Assembly (NCBI GenBank): GCA_951406725.2
Contig: OX597831.1
Span: 55,862,001-55,926,000 of the forward strand
From: Octopus vulgaris
Taxonomy: Eukaryota
DNA: 64,000 nt
Direction of reading: 5' to 3'
The notes below the pieces were generated by a model. It ran no database searches. It saw only the letters and a list, made by a program, of their open reading frames with translations, and was not told the DNA's origin. The translations under genes and the position numbers were made by a program. Shown here piece by piece: positions 1 through 13,455 of this stretch; within the stretch, counting starts at the first letter, position 1; each line of letters opens with the position of its first letter.

Positions 1-1514
1 GACACTGTCTTGGCCCTGACTATTTGACGTCACTAATTCGATGCTGATACATTTGACATCACACATTTTAATGTTTCTCTTCATATTTTGATTTCAAGTT
101 CTTTTATTTTATTATACCTTTTTGGGTATGATAAAATAAATATCAATCAATAGCGTCTGATAATAATCAACACTGTCTCTCTCCTATATTATGTGGTCAT
201 GTAACATGTGATAGATATTGTTATTATCCCTTTGTTCGTGGCGGATGTGATGGTGGATATTCTGTTAAACAATATTTCTACACTCATTATTCCTTTTGAG
301 ATGTCCTTTTCTAATAGGGACTATGATTGAATGTTAGAGTGTGTATGAAGGTGATACGTTGGCATTAAATGGTGGCAAGCTAGCAGAATCATTACCGAGT
401 CAAACAAAATGCTGAACGTCATTTCTTCCGGTTATTTGCTTTCTGAGTTCAAATCCCGCTTAGATCAATTTGACTTTTCATTTATTAGGGGTTCATAAAA
501 TAAATTAAATATCAGTCAAGTACTAGGAGCGATGTAATCGACTAAAGGCCCACCCTATTAAGTTTCAAGTTCTTTTTGCTTATATTTGAAACAATATAGA
601 AAATATTGATGCGACAACAGTGTGTCACTCCACATGTCTTCGGATTGCGATTTGGACTTTACTGAACTATACTGTTACAAACTTAATCTAGTACTTGACA
701 GATACTTTATTTTATTGACATCAGAATGATGAGAGATATATCTGACGTCGGCAGGATTTGCACTGAGAACGTGTAGAGCCAAAACGAAAATCGCAAGGCA
801 TTTTGTCAGATGCTCCTAACGACTCTACCACTCTATCACATTAAGTTATGTTTTTGTACAATGTGTGTTAATGTTATCTATGTTTCATAGTAAATGTATA
901 TACAGCGTTGATAGAGCCAATTACTGCAGTATTCGTCCTGATAGATCGTTAAAAAATATGCTTAATATGGTAGACTTTGCAGTATTTATTAATCTGAACT
1001 AGGTCGTTAACCGTCGCTACCTGCTGGCAATCATACTTGTTAATCATGCACCTACCTTCATAAACTGTTCAAAGTGAAAGTCTTTTTTAAAGTCTGTGTT
1101 GTGTTGTCTACATGTTGAAAGACATACAGAAACACACACACACAAACACGCAAACTATATGTTTGTGTTGCGTTGTGTTGACAGATTTGCTCTCAAAATT
1201 CCCACGTATTTAATTAAAATTTATTAGTTACCAAAGTGACAACACTACCTATTTATATATATATTACACGCACGCACGCACACACACACACACTCACTTT
1301 CTCCCTCTCTCTCTCATCCTCTCTCTCTCTCTCTCTCTCTCATACACACACTGTATTTCTCAAACAACAGCAACTTTATCTCCTCCACTTCCCTTTCTCT
1401 ACACATGCTGTTACGGATTGACAGACGGTTTCTCTTTTATAATATAAGATTTATGTTTCGTTTTGTATATATTGCTTTTTGTAAAATTATTGATGTGAAC
1501 TCGTATGTTAAAGC

Positions 1515-1977
1515 AGATTTTGTTGTTATATCTCGAGAAGGTCATTATACAATAATAAAGTCATGCACTGGATTTATTTCACTTCCCTCATTATCATTAG
1601 TCAACTAGTTAAACATTTAACCAATTAGCAAATCGATTATTTGAAATAGTTTGGTCAATCAATCAATCAGCTAGGTTCGTCAAAGCCTTTTCATCGCTCT
1701 TCGTGTACCCCTTCAATGCCGACTAGAGACAGACGGACAGACCTGAAATAAACCTGGAGTAGAGGAAGCATATCCTTGTAAGGTCACAAATTACATCGAA
1801 AGGATTTTGACGAGCTCAACTGAAGAATTTATTGACCGAACGATTAATCCAACAATAGATTAGATACTTGGTTAAATAATTAACTCGTTGACTAATAACA
1901 ACAAAAGAAATAAAACAGAACCAGTTCGCGTATTTGTTATTGACATAATGACCCTCCCAAAATACAAGAAAATCTGA
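1515..1977. mobile_element. old fold-back/MITE-like element with long imperfect inverted arms
   Basis: TTAGTCAACTAGTTAAACATTTAACCAA (~1597) is inverted at TTGGTTAAATAATTAACTCGTTGACTAA (~1868); GGTCATTAT/ATAATGACC pair further out. Confidence 0.55.
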
Positions 1978-2174
1978 ATTTATGCTTTCTGAGTTTAAAT
2001 CCCTTCCAGGGTCAATAAAATAAACTGTCCTTCCAGGGTCAATAAAATAAACTGTCAGTCAAGGTAAAGGGGTCGATTTAATAGACTAACCTCCTCACTC
2101 CACCAAATTTCTGTATTTGAGCCCGAGCTAGAAGCAATCGTTAAAGCCATAATTTTTTTTTTTCTATTTAACAG

Positions 2175-2231
2175 CAATTTTGGTGCGATATCTTACGAAG
2201 CGATTCATTGGGGACTACCATCCTTTGCTTG
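2175..2231 (+). CDS. RERG/RASL11/RASL12-like small GTPase, internal coding exon (57 nt, phase 1-1)
   Basis: Polypyrimidine tract + ACAG acceptor (AG 2173-2174), GTAAGT donor at 2232. Encodes (A)[18 protein letters not shown](E), matching the RERG-family 'ALxVRFLTKRFIxEYxP' segment that follows the P-loop. Confidence 0.9.
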
Positions 2232-2343
2232 GTAAGTACCATATCTTTTTACTTACAAACATACATACATACATGCATACATACACACCTATATCTTATT
2301 TGTGTAATTGCATGCAAACAATCACACTCGTTTTACATAGTGC

Positions 2344-2378
<35 letters not shown>

Positions 2379-2423
2379 CGTGCCTGTGTGTGTGTGTGTG
2401 TGTGCGTGTGTGTGCGTGTGTGC

Positions 2424-2464
<41 letters not shown>

Positions 2465-2477
2465 GCTGTTTTTATTT

Positions 2478-2920
2478 CTTTTGTTTGTTTCAGTCATTTG
2501 ACTGCAGCCATGCTGGAGTACCGCCTTGGGGTGTTTTTGTCGAACAATTCGACCCCAGGACTTATTTTTAAGTCCTAATACTTATTCTATCGGTCTCTTT
2601 GCCGAACCGCTAAGTTACGGGGACGTAAACACACCAATACCAGTTGTAAAGCGATGATGGGGGACAAACACAGACACAAAGACACACTGACAGACACATA
2701 CACACATACATACATATATATATAATACACACACACACACACACACATATATAGGACGAGATTCCTTCAGTTTCCGTCTACCAAATTTACTCACAAGGCT
2801 TTGGTCGGCACGAGGCAATAGTTGAAGATACTTGCCCAAGGTGTCACGCAAGGTGCCACATGGTTCCGGGACTGAACCCGGAAAAATGTGGCTGTGAACC
2901 AAGTTTCTAACCACACACCT
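2478..2920 (-). mobile_element. tRNA-derived CORE-type SINE (family A)
   Basis: Matches the ~400-500 nt repeat seen at least 10 times here: minus-strand tRNA-like head, ACCTTGGGCAAGT CORE-like motif, internal microsatellite, tail ...CAAATGACTGAAACAAGTAAAAGA. Confidence 0.8.
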
Positions 2921-3759
2921 ACGTCTGCTTGCAGTTATTTCCGTTCTAGTACCAAGTAATCCGGACACAGTGAAATATCGGTCTGTCTAAATTCCTAGAT
3001 ACCAGGGTGAAACTATGATACAGAAGTACCTACTGGCAGGGCCTATAAGAAGGGGATTCAGTTGGTATAGTGTTCCAGATCCCGGTAAAACAAACCTAAC
3101 GGGGCTTTTCTCTTTTTCACCGTCCCTTGATTTCTGGATGCGTGCTCCTCGTCCCACTGCCGAAAGTAGGTTGACCAAAATTGGTTGTGTTCCACCATGA
3201 AAAGTTTCTCTGGGAGGCTTTGGGTAGAAGTTGCTAAACATTACATTGTGCACTACGTGGCTCTGCGAGTCCACAATGATAAGATTGGTGTTTCACACGG
3301 GAAAAAAAATCAGTATTTTATCAAGCTCTTTACATTATATTTATATATATATACGTATTACGTAAAACTGTATGTACATATGTGTGTGTGTGTGCGCGTG
3401 CGTGCGTGGAGGAATGTAGGTAGTTAACTATATTCATACCACTTAAATCTAAGGAGATATTTACGGAAGTAAGACGTAGAAGCATAGACGGGAATGATGA
3501 ATCTCCGGCTGCCCAAAATAGACAGAATAATTTTGTATATTTTGTAGTAATCAATCAAATGAAATCTGTTGAATCAAAAGGCACGTAGATCCATAAATTA
3601 TCTGGATTTGTTTCTTGTTATTTTGTTATTTTTCTATATGACGACATTTCGCTTCTCTGATATACAACGCTTCAAATTTTGTTTTACAGCAACTTAAAAT
3701 CTTTCGGCGTCGTTATAATATATTGTTTTGATCAAATCACTCTTCTACGAGTAATAATT

Positions 3760-4360
3760 CTTTTTTTACTATAGACACAAGGCCTGCAATTTGGGGGAGG
3801 GTTGCTAGTCGATCACATCAACTCCAGTACTCAACCGGTACTTATTTATTCGACCCCGAAAGGCAATGTCAACCTTAGCAGAATTTGAACTCAGAACTGG
3901 AAACAATGCCGCTAAACATTTCGACCAGTCCAGCACGTTAACAATTCTGCAGATTGCTGCCTTTCTACGAATATTAATTCTTTCTTCTACAGGCTAGAGG
4001 TCTGAAATTTTTATGAATTGCATCAACCTCAGTATTCGACTGGCACTTATATCATCCCGAAATGAAAGGCCAAGTCGTCGCCAACGGGATTTGAACTTAG
4101 AACGTAAATAGCCGGAAGAAATGTTAATGAGTATTTTGTTCTGACGTGCTTATGATTCTACCAGCTTGCTGCCTTCCTTCCACGAATAATAATGATTTGG
4201 AATTTTGGCACAAGGCCAGTAATTTCGGGGCAGGGTGAAAGTTGATTATATCGACCCCAGTGATCAACTGATACTTATTTTATTGCCCCGAAAGGATGAA
4301 AGGCGAAATCGACCCCGGCGGAATTTGAACTCAACGTAAACACGGATGAAATGCTGTTAA
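3760..4360 (-). mobile_element. three tandem decayed tRNA-derived SINEs (family B)
   Basis: Three successive copies of the ...ACAAGGCC...CGACCCCGAAAGGATGAAAGGC...GAATTTGAACTCAGAAC repeat. Confidence 0.75.
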
Positions 4361-4371
4361 GTTTTGCAATA

Positions 4372-5200
4372 TTTTGATAAATCGTTTGCTTTATTCCTCA
4401 AGTTACAATAAAAGCATCCTAGACTTCAAAGTAGAAGCCATCGTGTTGTACTGTCTGAAACCACCTTTCTGCCAGTTCTTTGATCCCACACTCATACCAG
4501 TTCTTGTCCTTCGAAGCGAGGAACTCCTTCACTGAAGCTTCCACTTTTCCTTAGTTGATGAAGCGTAGCCAGCGCAGGAAGTAAGCCATGGATTGGAACA
4601 AGTAACAATCCGAGAGAGCTAGGTCCGAACTATATGCTGCGTGTAGCATCAGTTCGATTCCTTCATCTTCCTAGGGTTTATTCCAAGTCGATTGAGTTGT
4701 CTTGCTGCAGAAGAGCTCGCTTTCTGTTAACCAATGCCGGGTATTTTTACCTTACAGTGGCATACATCCGCTCCAGTTGTTCGGAGTACAGGTTGGCATT
4801 GATGGTTCGACCATCGGGAACGAACTCGTGGTGAATTATCTCCACATAATTCCAGCGGACACAGAGAATCACTTTGTGTTCGAAGAGCCCATGTTTGGCG
4901 ACAGGTTCCGGAAGCTGGCCCTTGCTAAACCACTACTTATGCACATTAGATTTGCGAAAAAGTATCTCCCTCGGATTATTATTTGTTCCGGCCCATGGCT
5001 CACTTCTTGCGCTGGCGGCACTTCATCCACCATGATGAAGTGGAAGATTCAGTAAAAGCGTTCTTCGTCTCGAAGAACAAGAACTGATATGAGCGTGGGA
5101 TCAAAGAACTGACAACACGATGGCCTCTACTTTAAAAGCTAGGCTGCTTTCGTTGTAACTTGACGAATAAAGCAAATAGAATATTACAAAACTTTTGACT
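4372..5200 (-). mobile_element. mariner remnant with fold-back 3' ends
   Basis: Minus strand gives IHHEFVPDGRTINANLYSEQLERM...ALVNRKRALLQQDN and YSSDLALSDCYLFQSM (YSPDLAPSDY motif); ~4372-4600 is inverted at ~4965-5200. Confidence 0.8.
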
Positions 5201-5984
5201 CAGCACAATGTTTTAAGATTGGTTCTGTTTTCAGTTTCATATTTCGACTATCTCTACTTCCGTATCTTTATAATGAGATATTTCGGAATTGACTTGATCT
5301 GAGAACATGTGTTGAAACTAAAGCAATTTCATCGTAAAAGAAATATTTTAGCTACAACCCCCATCCCGAAAAACTGTTAAATTCACTTTTCATTTATTTT
5401 TTGAGGCGTCAGAATATTCATCGCATACTGCGGCCTGGCCTGTGACATAGCTCCATTGCCGCCCTTGACTTTCTACCTTGCAGCGATAAATAAAATATCA
5501 ACCCAGCGATGGGATTTCTTCTTCTTCTTCTTCTTCTTCTTCTTCTTCTTCTTCTTCTTCTTCTTCTTCTTCCCTCCCTCCCTCTCTCTCTCCCTCATTC
5601 TATGTGTGTGTGTGTAAGAAATTGGATGCGTTCAGGCCTGATGAGCAACTAGGTAAAGACGCTCTCGAGGCTAGTATCGAAACTTTACAGCTTCAGCAAC
5701 TAGGTCCACGTCACAGGTGAGGGGACGTGTCCTAGTTTTTAACCAATCACTTTGCTGGAATATCCCCCCATATGAGAGAATGTCCTATTTTGTTCCAGTA
5801 GATCAACGCGCGTAAACAAATCAGAAAGCGGCACTTCGGAAACACAAGCAACAAGAGTTTCAAATCGACAAGTTTCCTTGGCTGAAGCTCAGCCCCTAGT
5901 TAACAGGAATCTTCAATTAGGACAACCAAAGCATTATTCCCGCCGCTCATGTGAAGCTGAATCTCTTCTGTTGGCTGGGGTTTC

Positions 5985-6265
5985 CGTCAGTTACGACGAC
6001 GAGTGTTCTTGTTGATTCGATCAATGGAACAGCCTGCTCATGAAATTAACATGCCAAGTGGTTGAGTACTTCACAGGCACGCATAACCTTGACGTAGTTC
6101 TCAGAGAAATTCAGCGTGACATGGTTGGTCAACTGAACAACAGGTGCAACTCATATTTGCCAGCTGAGTGGAGTGGAAAAACGTGAAAATGATTTTTTTC
6201 TCAAGGGCACAATGTGCCGCCAGGAGTGGAACTCACGACCTCACGATCACAAACCGAATGTAATT
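5985..6265 (-). mobile_element. SINE family C (copies also at ~16128-16425 and ~62520-62800)
   Basis: Shared GTTACGACGACGAG...GGAACAGCCTGCTCGTGAAATTAAC...TTCAGCGTGAC block; GAACTCACGACC is a reverse B-box. Confidence 0.7.
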
Positions 6266-6562
6266 ATCAACTACATTCGTCTCTAGCACATCACTTTACA
6301 CTTCTGGCAGGTCGCAATTAAAAATGTAAATATTGTAATAAACTTCCATTTCAACAAATTTCGGAGTTGGTTTATGAGGCAACACGCAGCTAAACTTCTT
6401 ACCAATCAATAAATACACATTCAACCAACCCGATAATCTCACACACCTTAAGGGCGGCCACAGTATTCAACAGTAGGGAGCGATCTGACAGCGATTTGGT
6501 TGTTATTTCTAGAAGTTGCTCATTTCAAGAATCTCACCCATTTAGTCCAACTCCCTTATACC

Positions 6563-6795
6563 TATTTCTTTATTATCCACAAGGGGCTAAACATAGAGGG
6601 GACAAACAAGGACAGACATAGGTATTAAGTCGATTACATCGACCCCAGTGCGTAACTGGTGCTTAATTTATCGACCCCGAAAGGATGAAAGGCAAAGTCG
6701 ACCTCGGCGGAATTTGAACTCACAACGTAACGGCAGATGAAATACCGCAAAGCATTTCGCTCGGCGTGCTAACGCTTCTGCCAACTCGCCGCTTT
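6563..6795 (-). mobile_element. tRNA-derived SINE family B, full length with TSD
   Basis: Minus strand has A-box-like AGTTGGCAGAAGCG, B-box GTTCAAATTCC and central GCCTTTCATCCTTTCGGGGTCGATAAA. Flanked by 15-bp direct repeat CAACTCCCTTATACC (6548-6562, 6796-6810). Confidence 0.85.
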
Positions 6796-6840
6796 CAACT
6801 CCCTTATACCCTCTCGCCCTCATTCTCTCACTCATTCACT

Positions 6841-6892
<52 letters not shown>

Positions 6893-7689
6893 GTTTATGT
6901 TAGATCTATAAAATGCTTAATGTTCGCATGCATACTTTTACCGTAACGAAAGTCGTTACACTTTTAAGCAAAATCGCTATGAATATGTCGGTAGACATTA
7001 TTTTCTTTTTAATTCTTCTATTTATAATTCATCCTCTGGGGAAACAAATACGAAAAAGCGGATATAAATAAACATATAACTTATTAATATTTCCAGGAAG
7101 AATTTATCTAATAATGTCTACCTTATTACACTTGGTGTTAAGGTTTTTATCTTATAACAGATAAGAAATACTTAAACTATCATCACATATCACACACGCA
7201 CCGCACGCGCGCACACACACACACGCTTGTGTGTGTGTGTGTGTGTGTGTGTGAGTGTGTGTGCGTGTGTGTGTGTGTGAATGTGTGTGTGTGTGAATGT
7301 GTGTGTAATTACATTCAAAACTACGTTTATCTTTATAATGTACTTCTAGACATCTAACAATTCATTTATCTACCTAACTGACTATCTCTCTGTCTCCCTA
7401 TCTAGCTAACTATCTGGGCAATAACATATTCATTGGATCTTTGATAGCTTCCTTTTAGCTGTATAAATACCGCAGCACAACGGAGCACAGTACAGCACAT
7501 TTGGTATAATGTCTTTTTTGTGTTAATGATGTTTAGTAACAAGGGTTAGTTCATATATCATAATTATTACATACGTCAGCGCCGTCAGTTTTGAATAACT
7601 AGGGCTATTTATTTTCTCCTCTATTTTTGTATTATCGGTGGCTGATGAAATAACAACAACAACAACAATAATAGTAGTAATAATGATGT

Positions 7690-9030
7690 TAAAACTGTAT
7701 TGGACTACTGGGGTTTTTTAACAATAGTTTTAACATCATTAACTGGAATCCTACGGAGATCAAAGGCCTGGCAGGAAGATAAGAAAACTACTAGCATCTA
7801 AGAAGATGCAGAGCCCAAAAGCAGACGTTGATCGTCTGTACCTACTTAGAAGTAATGGGGAAAGAGGATTGATGCCGGTAGAACTGTGCTATAAGACCTC
7901 CACAATAGCAGTGAACAGGTACTTATCTAGTACGCTACGGCTTGTGTGCAAAAAGTCACATTCTATTGTCAAGGAAGCTTGTAAATTCGCAAGGAAACTT
8001 GGCATTAACCCTGAATTAGATGAAGAACCTGAAACTACTGTCACCAAACAAGCAAAACGGATGGAGCAGACTGCAAAAAAGAACGGACAGAAACAAATAC
8101 AGGAGTGGTGGAGCCAGAAGCACCTGCATGGACAGTATATTCTTCGGAGTCGAAATGCTGATGTAGACCAAGCAACAACCCCTCAGTAGCTGAGAAGTTC
8201 AGGACTGAAAGCAGAGACTGAAGGTTTCATATTGGCGGCACGAGATCAAAGCTTGCTTACCAGAAACTATCAGACTAACGTTCTTCAAAACGGTTCTGAC
8301 TCTAAATGCAGATTCTGGGACACATTCAACGAAACAATAAACCATCTCATTTCGAGATGTCCTGTGCTAACATCAAAACAAACACAAAAATCGCCACGAT
8401 CGGGTAGGACAGTATTTACATTGGAAAGGATGTAAACACTACAAAATCGGCACACCTGTTTACTGGAATGAACATCACTCTAAGCCAGTCATTGAAGGTA
8501 AAAATGCCACTTTCCTCTGGGATTTTCCAGTCAACACCGGCAGAACGATCTAGGCTAATCGACCAGGCATAATTATTAAAGACAGGGAAGAAAATACTTG
8601 TAGACTAGTAAATGTAAGTGTTCCCAGTGATAAAAATATATCTGTAAAGGAATTTGGAAAAGTAAGTAAATATGAGGATTGGGAAATTGAAATACAAAAG
8701 ATGTGGCATCTTAAAGCAAAAACTGTCTCTGTTATTGTAGGTGCCCTAGGTATGATAAAAAAAAAAGGGGTATGTCAGAAACATCTAGATAACATCCTAG
8801 GTGAACCATGTCTCAGAGAGAAAAGATTGTACTGCCCACGTGCTTAGAAAAACCCTATTCATTTAAATATGTGTTGCATTACATGAAGATATTTCGCTTC
8901 TGCCCCTGCCACTTTCCCTCCCCAAGCTTCCAGTCATACTGTAGCATCTCTTACCCTTCACTCGCCCTAGTACATTGGGCGTGTCTCGTCAAGTGATTGT
9001 AACAAACATGCATATTAAAAGTAAATAATA
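7690..9030 (+). mobile_element. 5'-truncated R4/Dong-like non-LTR retrotransposon (RT thumb, CCHC, restriction-like endonuclease), pseudogenised
   Basis: PKADVDRLYL.RSNG.RGL, W.QKHLHGQY, GLKAETEGFILAA.DQSLLTRNY, CRF...ETINHLIS.CP, RHD, RP(D)III, VIVGALG. Begins and ends in AAT/AAC repeats, the known Dong-type target. Confidence 0.85.
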
Positions 9031-9173
9031 ATCAAGGCCTGAAATTTTGAGGTAGGGGATAAATCGATTACATCGACCCCAGTGCGTAACTGGCTCTTAA
9101 TTTATCGATTCCTGAAACATACATATACATACATACACATGTATGTATGTATGTATGTATGTATGTATGTATG

Positions 9174-9206
<33 letters not shown>

Positions 9207-9209
<3 letters not shown>

Positions 9210-10068
9210 GTCATCCCATAAGTTCTGTCCGAATTTTGAATAAAGAAAACAAGTGATCAAATGTTATATTTAATTGAAATTTAATCATCAATGTACTTTC
9301 CCTAATTATCTATGACGTTCTTCCATCTATTTACAAGCTTTTTAATCCCATCAATGTAAAACTCCTTTGGTTTCAAAGCGAAGAACTCTGAAATGTCAGT
9401 TTCGACCTCTTCCTGGCTTGCGAAAGTTATGTCCCCCAAATGATTCTGTAAACTACGAAACAAATAGGAGCAAGGCCGGGAGAATAAGGTGGATGTGGAA
9501 TTTTTTTTTCCCAACCAATCTCTTCGATCTTCTGTAATGTGATCTTTGCAGTGTGGGGTCGCGCATTGTCCTGTTGCAACATCACTCCTTTTCGATTCAC
9601 TAAAGCGGATCTTTTTTTCTTCAAAGCTTGGTTCAAACGCTCTAATTGCTGATAGCAGACTTGAGCATTGATTGTTGCATTAGGTGGTAACAATTCAAAA
9701 TGAATTACTCCTTTGCAATCCCACCAGATAGAGAGAAGAACCTTTTTCCCATGAAGTTCCCTTCTCGATTGTGGTTTAGCTTTTTTCGCTTTTACCAAGT
9801 CACTGTTTACGGCGTTTAACATTTCGATAGAAGATACATTTTTCGTCACCAGTCAGAAGTCTATCCAAAAAGGGTGAGATGAGTTCGCGAGAATGGAGAG
9901 AAGAGCAGATGTCAACTCGGGATTTGCGGTTGCTTTCGGACAATTCATGAGGCACCCGTTTTCCAAGTTTAGGAACCTTTCCAAGTTGTTGAAGACCGCG
10001 ATGAACAGTTGTATGGTTTGAACTAAGCTTTATTGCCAATTCTTCAACTGATAATGCAGGATTTGACA
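9207..10068 (-). mobile_element. mariner transposase remnant with right TIR
   Basis: VPHELSE, LLTGDEKCIFY, KVLLSIWWDCKG, LQQDNARPH, HPPYSPGLAP in frameshifted ORFs. Terminus TATCAGGTCATCCCATAAGTT abuts (TA)n. Confidence 0.9.
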
Positions 10069-11365
10069 GCTTCATCGCAGCCCATTTCTGGGTGAAACTG
10101 TCTATTCTGCTCGTCACCCCGTCCCAATTTTTATCCACCTGGAGGTCTGGTCCGGACTAAACCTCAAGCAACTTTACTGGTCCGTCCGTCCAGCGGCCAA
10201 CGACGCTTTTGGATGGCGTGGACTTGCCTCCCTAGGTGCCGAGCTGCAAGTCCACTGACTCCAGGTACCGATGTCGACCCTGCCAAATGCTTTCGACTGA
10301 TCTAAATTGATCAGTCCCACCGAAGCCAGGTTTACACCCTACCTTTTCTATAATGTATGGCATGAGGTGGAGGTTGTCGTGTATAGAGGTGGTCGGGATT
10401 GCGCAGGTTTGTGCCTCCCCAACCAAATCCTCGACGACAAGCGCCCTCTTTGTTAACACCCTGGCCAAAATCTTAAGCTCTGTGTTAAGCAGAGTATTGA
10501 GCCTGAAGTTATCTAATGTGACCCTCTTGTGTTCGTCTTTCTTTACCAGCGTCACTACGCCTCGACTCACAGGACTGGGAATGCTCCCGTTCTGCTGCCA
10601 GTTGCAGTACAGCGCTTCGAGGAGATCGGAGAACAGGTCTGGCATACTTACGTAAAGTAAGTATGGGCAGACCATCAACACCGGATGACTTGCGCCTCGT
10701 GCAGCTGAAAGGGCATCCTGAATTTCGGCTGAAGTTATCTGCCTCTCGCAGCGCTCAGCGTCGGCTGTCGAGAGACTTGGCAAGCCGTCAAGGTAGGGAC
10801 TGAAGTCCGCTACCGTTTCTGACCTGCCCCCCCTCCCCGAACAACCGATCTAAGTGCAGGCGGAAAGCCTCACACATCTGCCTGGAATCGCTCAGCTCAT
10901 GTCCGTCTCGCTCCGTCAAAGACCGAATTGTGGTTTTGTTACCACGCTGCGCCTCCGTCACGCGGACCCATCGAACAGCTTTGGTTCCCTCGTTTCTCAG
11001 AAAACACCCCTTAGCTCTCACAATGCAACCTTCGTGTTTCGCGTTGAAGAAATGGTTTGATGCCATTCTCTCTGTTACCAAGTCGGTTGCAATGCCACTA
11101 CAAATAGCCTCGTCTAACTTAGCGACTAGCTCCGCCCCCTTTCTATTTTACCTAACGCTACTTCTTTGCTAAAACCTATGGAAATTACTCTAATCTCTCT
11201 TTTGAGCGCTCACCACCACCTGTTGTTGACGATCCCCGCCTGTCAACTTTTGTTTAACTAAATTGTTTACCTGGTCCCTGTAAGCCTTACGTGCCGGAAG
11301 CGACATGTTCATCTTTCAGTAACCGGGTCCTAACCTACGTGCCTTAACTAGGTCGACCGTACAGA
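10069..11365 (-). mobile_element. L1/Tx1-clade LINE ORF2 fragment
   Basis: RGVVTLVKK, NFRL.TLLNTELKILARVL, QTCAIP..SIHDNL, DQ.KAF.RVD across frameshifts; GC-richer than flanks; truncates the mariner. Confidence 0.8.
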
Positions 11366-11799
11366 TTACATTTATGACCGTATGGTGAGAAGTTTGCTTC
11401 CTCTAGCACATAGTTCCGGGTTCAGTCCTACTGCGTGACACCTTGAACAAGTATCTTCTACTTAGCCCTGGGTCGATCAAAGCCCCGTGAGTAAACGTGG
11501 TAGGCAAACTGAAAGAAACCCGTCTTGTAAATATATGTATGTATGCATGTATATATGCATGTGGGAATTATATATGTGTGTGTGTGTGTCCTTCTGCTTG
11601 TGTTTCTCCCCCACCGCCGCTTGACAACTGGTGTTGATTTGTTTACATCTCTGTAACCTCGCGGTTCAGCAAAAGTGCCCGATAGAATAAATATCAGGCT
11701 TGACAAAACAAGCACTGCGGTTGATTTGTTCGACTAAAGCCTTCAAGGTGGTGCCCCAACAAGGTCGCAATCAATGATTGAAACAAGTAAAAAATAACA

Positions 11800-11854
<55 letters not shown>

Positions 11855-11855
<1 letters not shown>

Positions 11856-12049
11856 ACCTCGTGTGTACCGTTGGCGATTTTTTCCTCTGTCTTCCCTTCT
11901 CTGGATCTTTCCTTCTCCTATGTTTCCGACGAAGAGCTCCGCTCGAAACGTTAAACCCTCCTTCTTTCCTTCTTTCCTGAGCGTCCAATAATACTATATT
12001 TGTTCCACGTCCTCGCGTTGTTGTGTTTTTTTTGTGCTTTCTTGTTTGG

Positions 12050-12052
<3 letters not shown>
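11855..12052 (+). mobile_element. short hammerhead-bearing element in (AT)n (Penelope pLTR-like); inverted copy at 30886-31086
   Basis: ~200-nt unit present twice in near-identical form; contains GTTT-CCGACGA-A-GAGC-TCC-GCTC-GAAACGTT-AAAC. Confidence 0.75.
11922..11956 (+). ncRNA. minimal type I hammerhead-like motif (U4C core variant)
   Basis: Stem I GUUU/AAAC, core CCGACGA, stem II GAGC/GCUC, GAAA, palindromic AACGUU in place of stem III. Confidence 0.6.
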
Positions 12053-12082
<30 letters not shown>

Positions 12083-12429
12083 GGATCCAAGGAACATCAT
12101 TATTCCGGATAATGGATCCAAGCAACCATCACTATTCTGGACCACCAAGACCCCAGAAACAGCTCGTAAAACTATACCCATTGAACTCCTGATATCATTT
12201 ATATTCTGTAAGTCGGACTATATTATATTCATATACATGTACATTTTTCTATTAAATATATTTAACGCTCTGTGTAAATCGACTTGTTTGTCATCACATT
12301 TACTCATCTACCCGCTCAAGTTCATATCGCTTGAGCACTTCGAAGTGTATTCTACATAGAGAACACTTGTCTCATATATATATATATATATATATACGCA
12401 CACACTTAAAACCATATATTTTTTTATAT

Positions 12430-12664
12430 ATCTATTTCTTTACTACCCACAAGGGGCTAAACACAGAGAGGACAAACAAGGACAGACAAACGGATTAAGT
12501 CGATTATATCGACCCCAGTGCGTAACTGGTACTTATTTAATCGACCCTGAAAGGATGAAAGGCAAAGTCGACCTCGGCGGAATTTGAACTCAGAACGTAA
12601 CGGCAGACGAAATACGGCTACGCATTTCGCCCGGCGTGTTAACATTTCTGCCAGCTCGCCGCCT
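12430..12664 (-). mobile_element. tRNA-derived SINE family B
   Basis: Near-identical to the 6563-6795 copy. Confidence 0.85.
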
Positions 12665-12836
12665 GAACCAGCTTAGTACTTACCAAAGATCAGATTCACT
12701 GATTTTTGGTAAGTACTAAGATTGATTGCGTGTTCTAAAATGTTACACTCTTCCACAGAATGTCATAGAGTACTTACTTCCTCAATCCACGGTTTCCGCA
12801 TCATTTAGCAGATGAAATCTTTCTTGGCACATAGAC

Positions 12837-12837
<1 letters not shown>

Positions 12838-12897
<60 letters not shown>

Positions 12898-12926
12898 TAA
12901 TAATAATAATTACGATAATAATAATG

Positions 12927-12975
<49 letters not shown>

Positions 12976-13034
12976 TAATAATAATAATTACGATAATAAT
13001 AATGATAATAATAACAATAATAATAATAATTACG

Positions 13035-13087
<53 letters not shown>

Positions 13088-13101
13088 TACGATAATAATA
13101 A
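12838..13101. repeat. (AAT)n microsatellite with repeated AAC...TACGAT interruptions
   Basis: Direct inspection; source of the poly-N/I/Y ORFs. Confidence 0.95.
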
Positions 13102-13312
13102 TATCCCAAGGTTTAAAACAAACTTTTTTTTATTATTTATTTATTTATTTTTTATTTTTTTTATTTTATGTATTAGACATTCACTAGTACAACACCAAAA
13201 AAAAAAAAAAAACCCAAATATATGGCACAGAACTTCTAACCTGTTGTCTCTTGAGGTCTCTGGGTGAGACTTGGAGCCAACTTGTACAGACATAAAGCAA
13301 AAGTCAAACATA

Positions 13313-13371
<59 letters not shown>

Positions 13372-13455
13372 CGAGGCAAGGAGACCGCTTCTGCTCGGTT
13401 ATTCTACTTATTAGAAACAACACCCAATTTCTCAAATCACTATCGACCGTTTTAA

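Noticed and set aside
25-32. CRE site TGACGTCA
   Set aside because: An 8-mer expected by chance; other copies in the window lie inside repeats.
1-2174. P-loop (GxxxxGKS) first exon
   Set aside because: No suitable motif followed by a phase-1 donor was found; it is presumably upstream of the window.
2180-2578. 132-aa ORF as a single-exon gene
   Set aside because: Only the first ~17 codons are GTPase-like; a GTAAGT donor at 2232 precedes (GT)n and SINE sequence.
5634-5695. Hammerhead at CTGATGAG...CGAAAC
   Set aside because: Core halves are present but there is no NUH triplet in register with stem I; at best a decayed copy.
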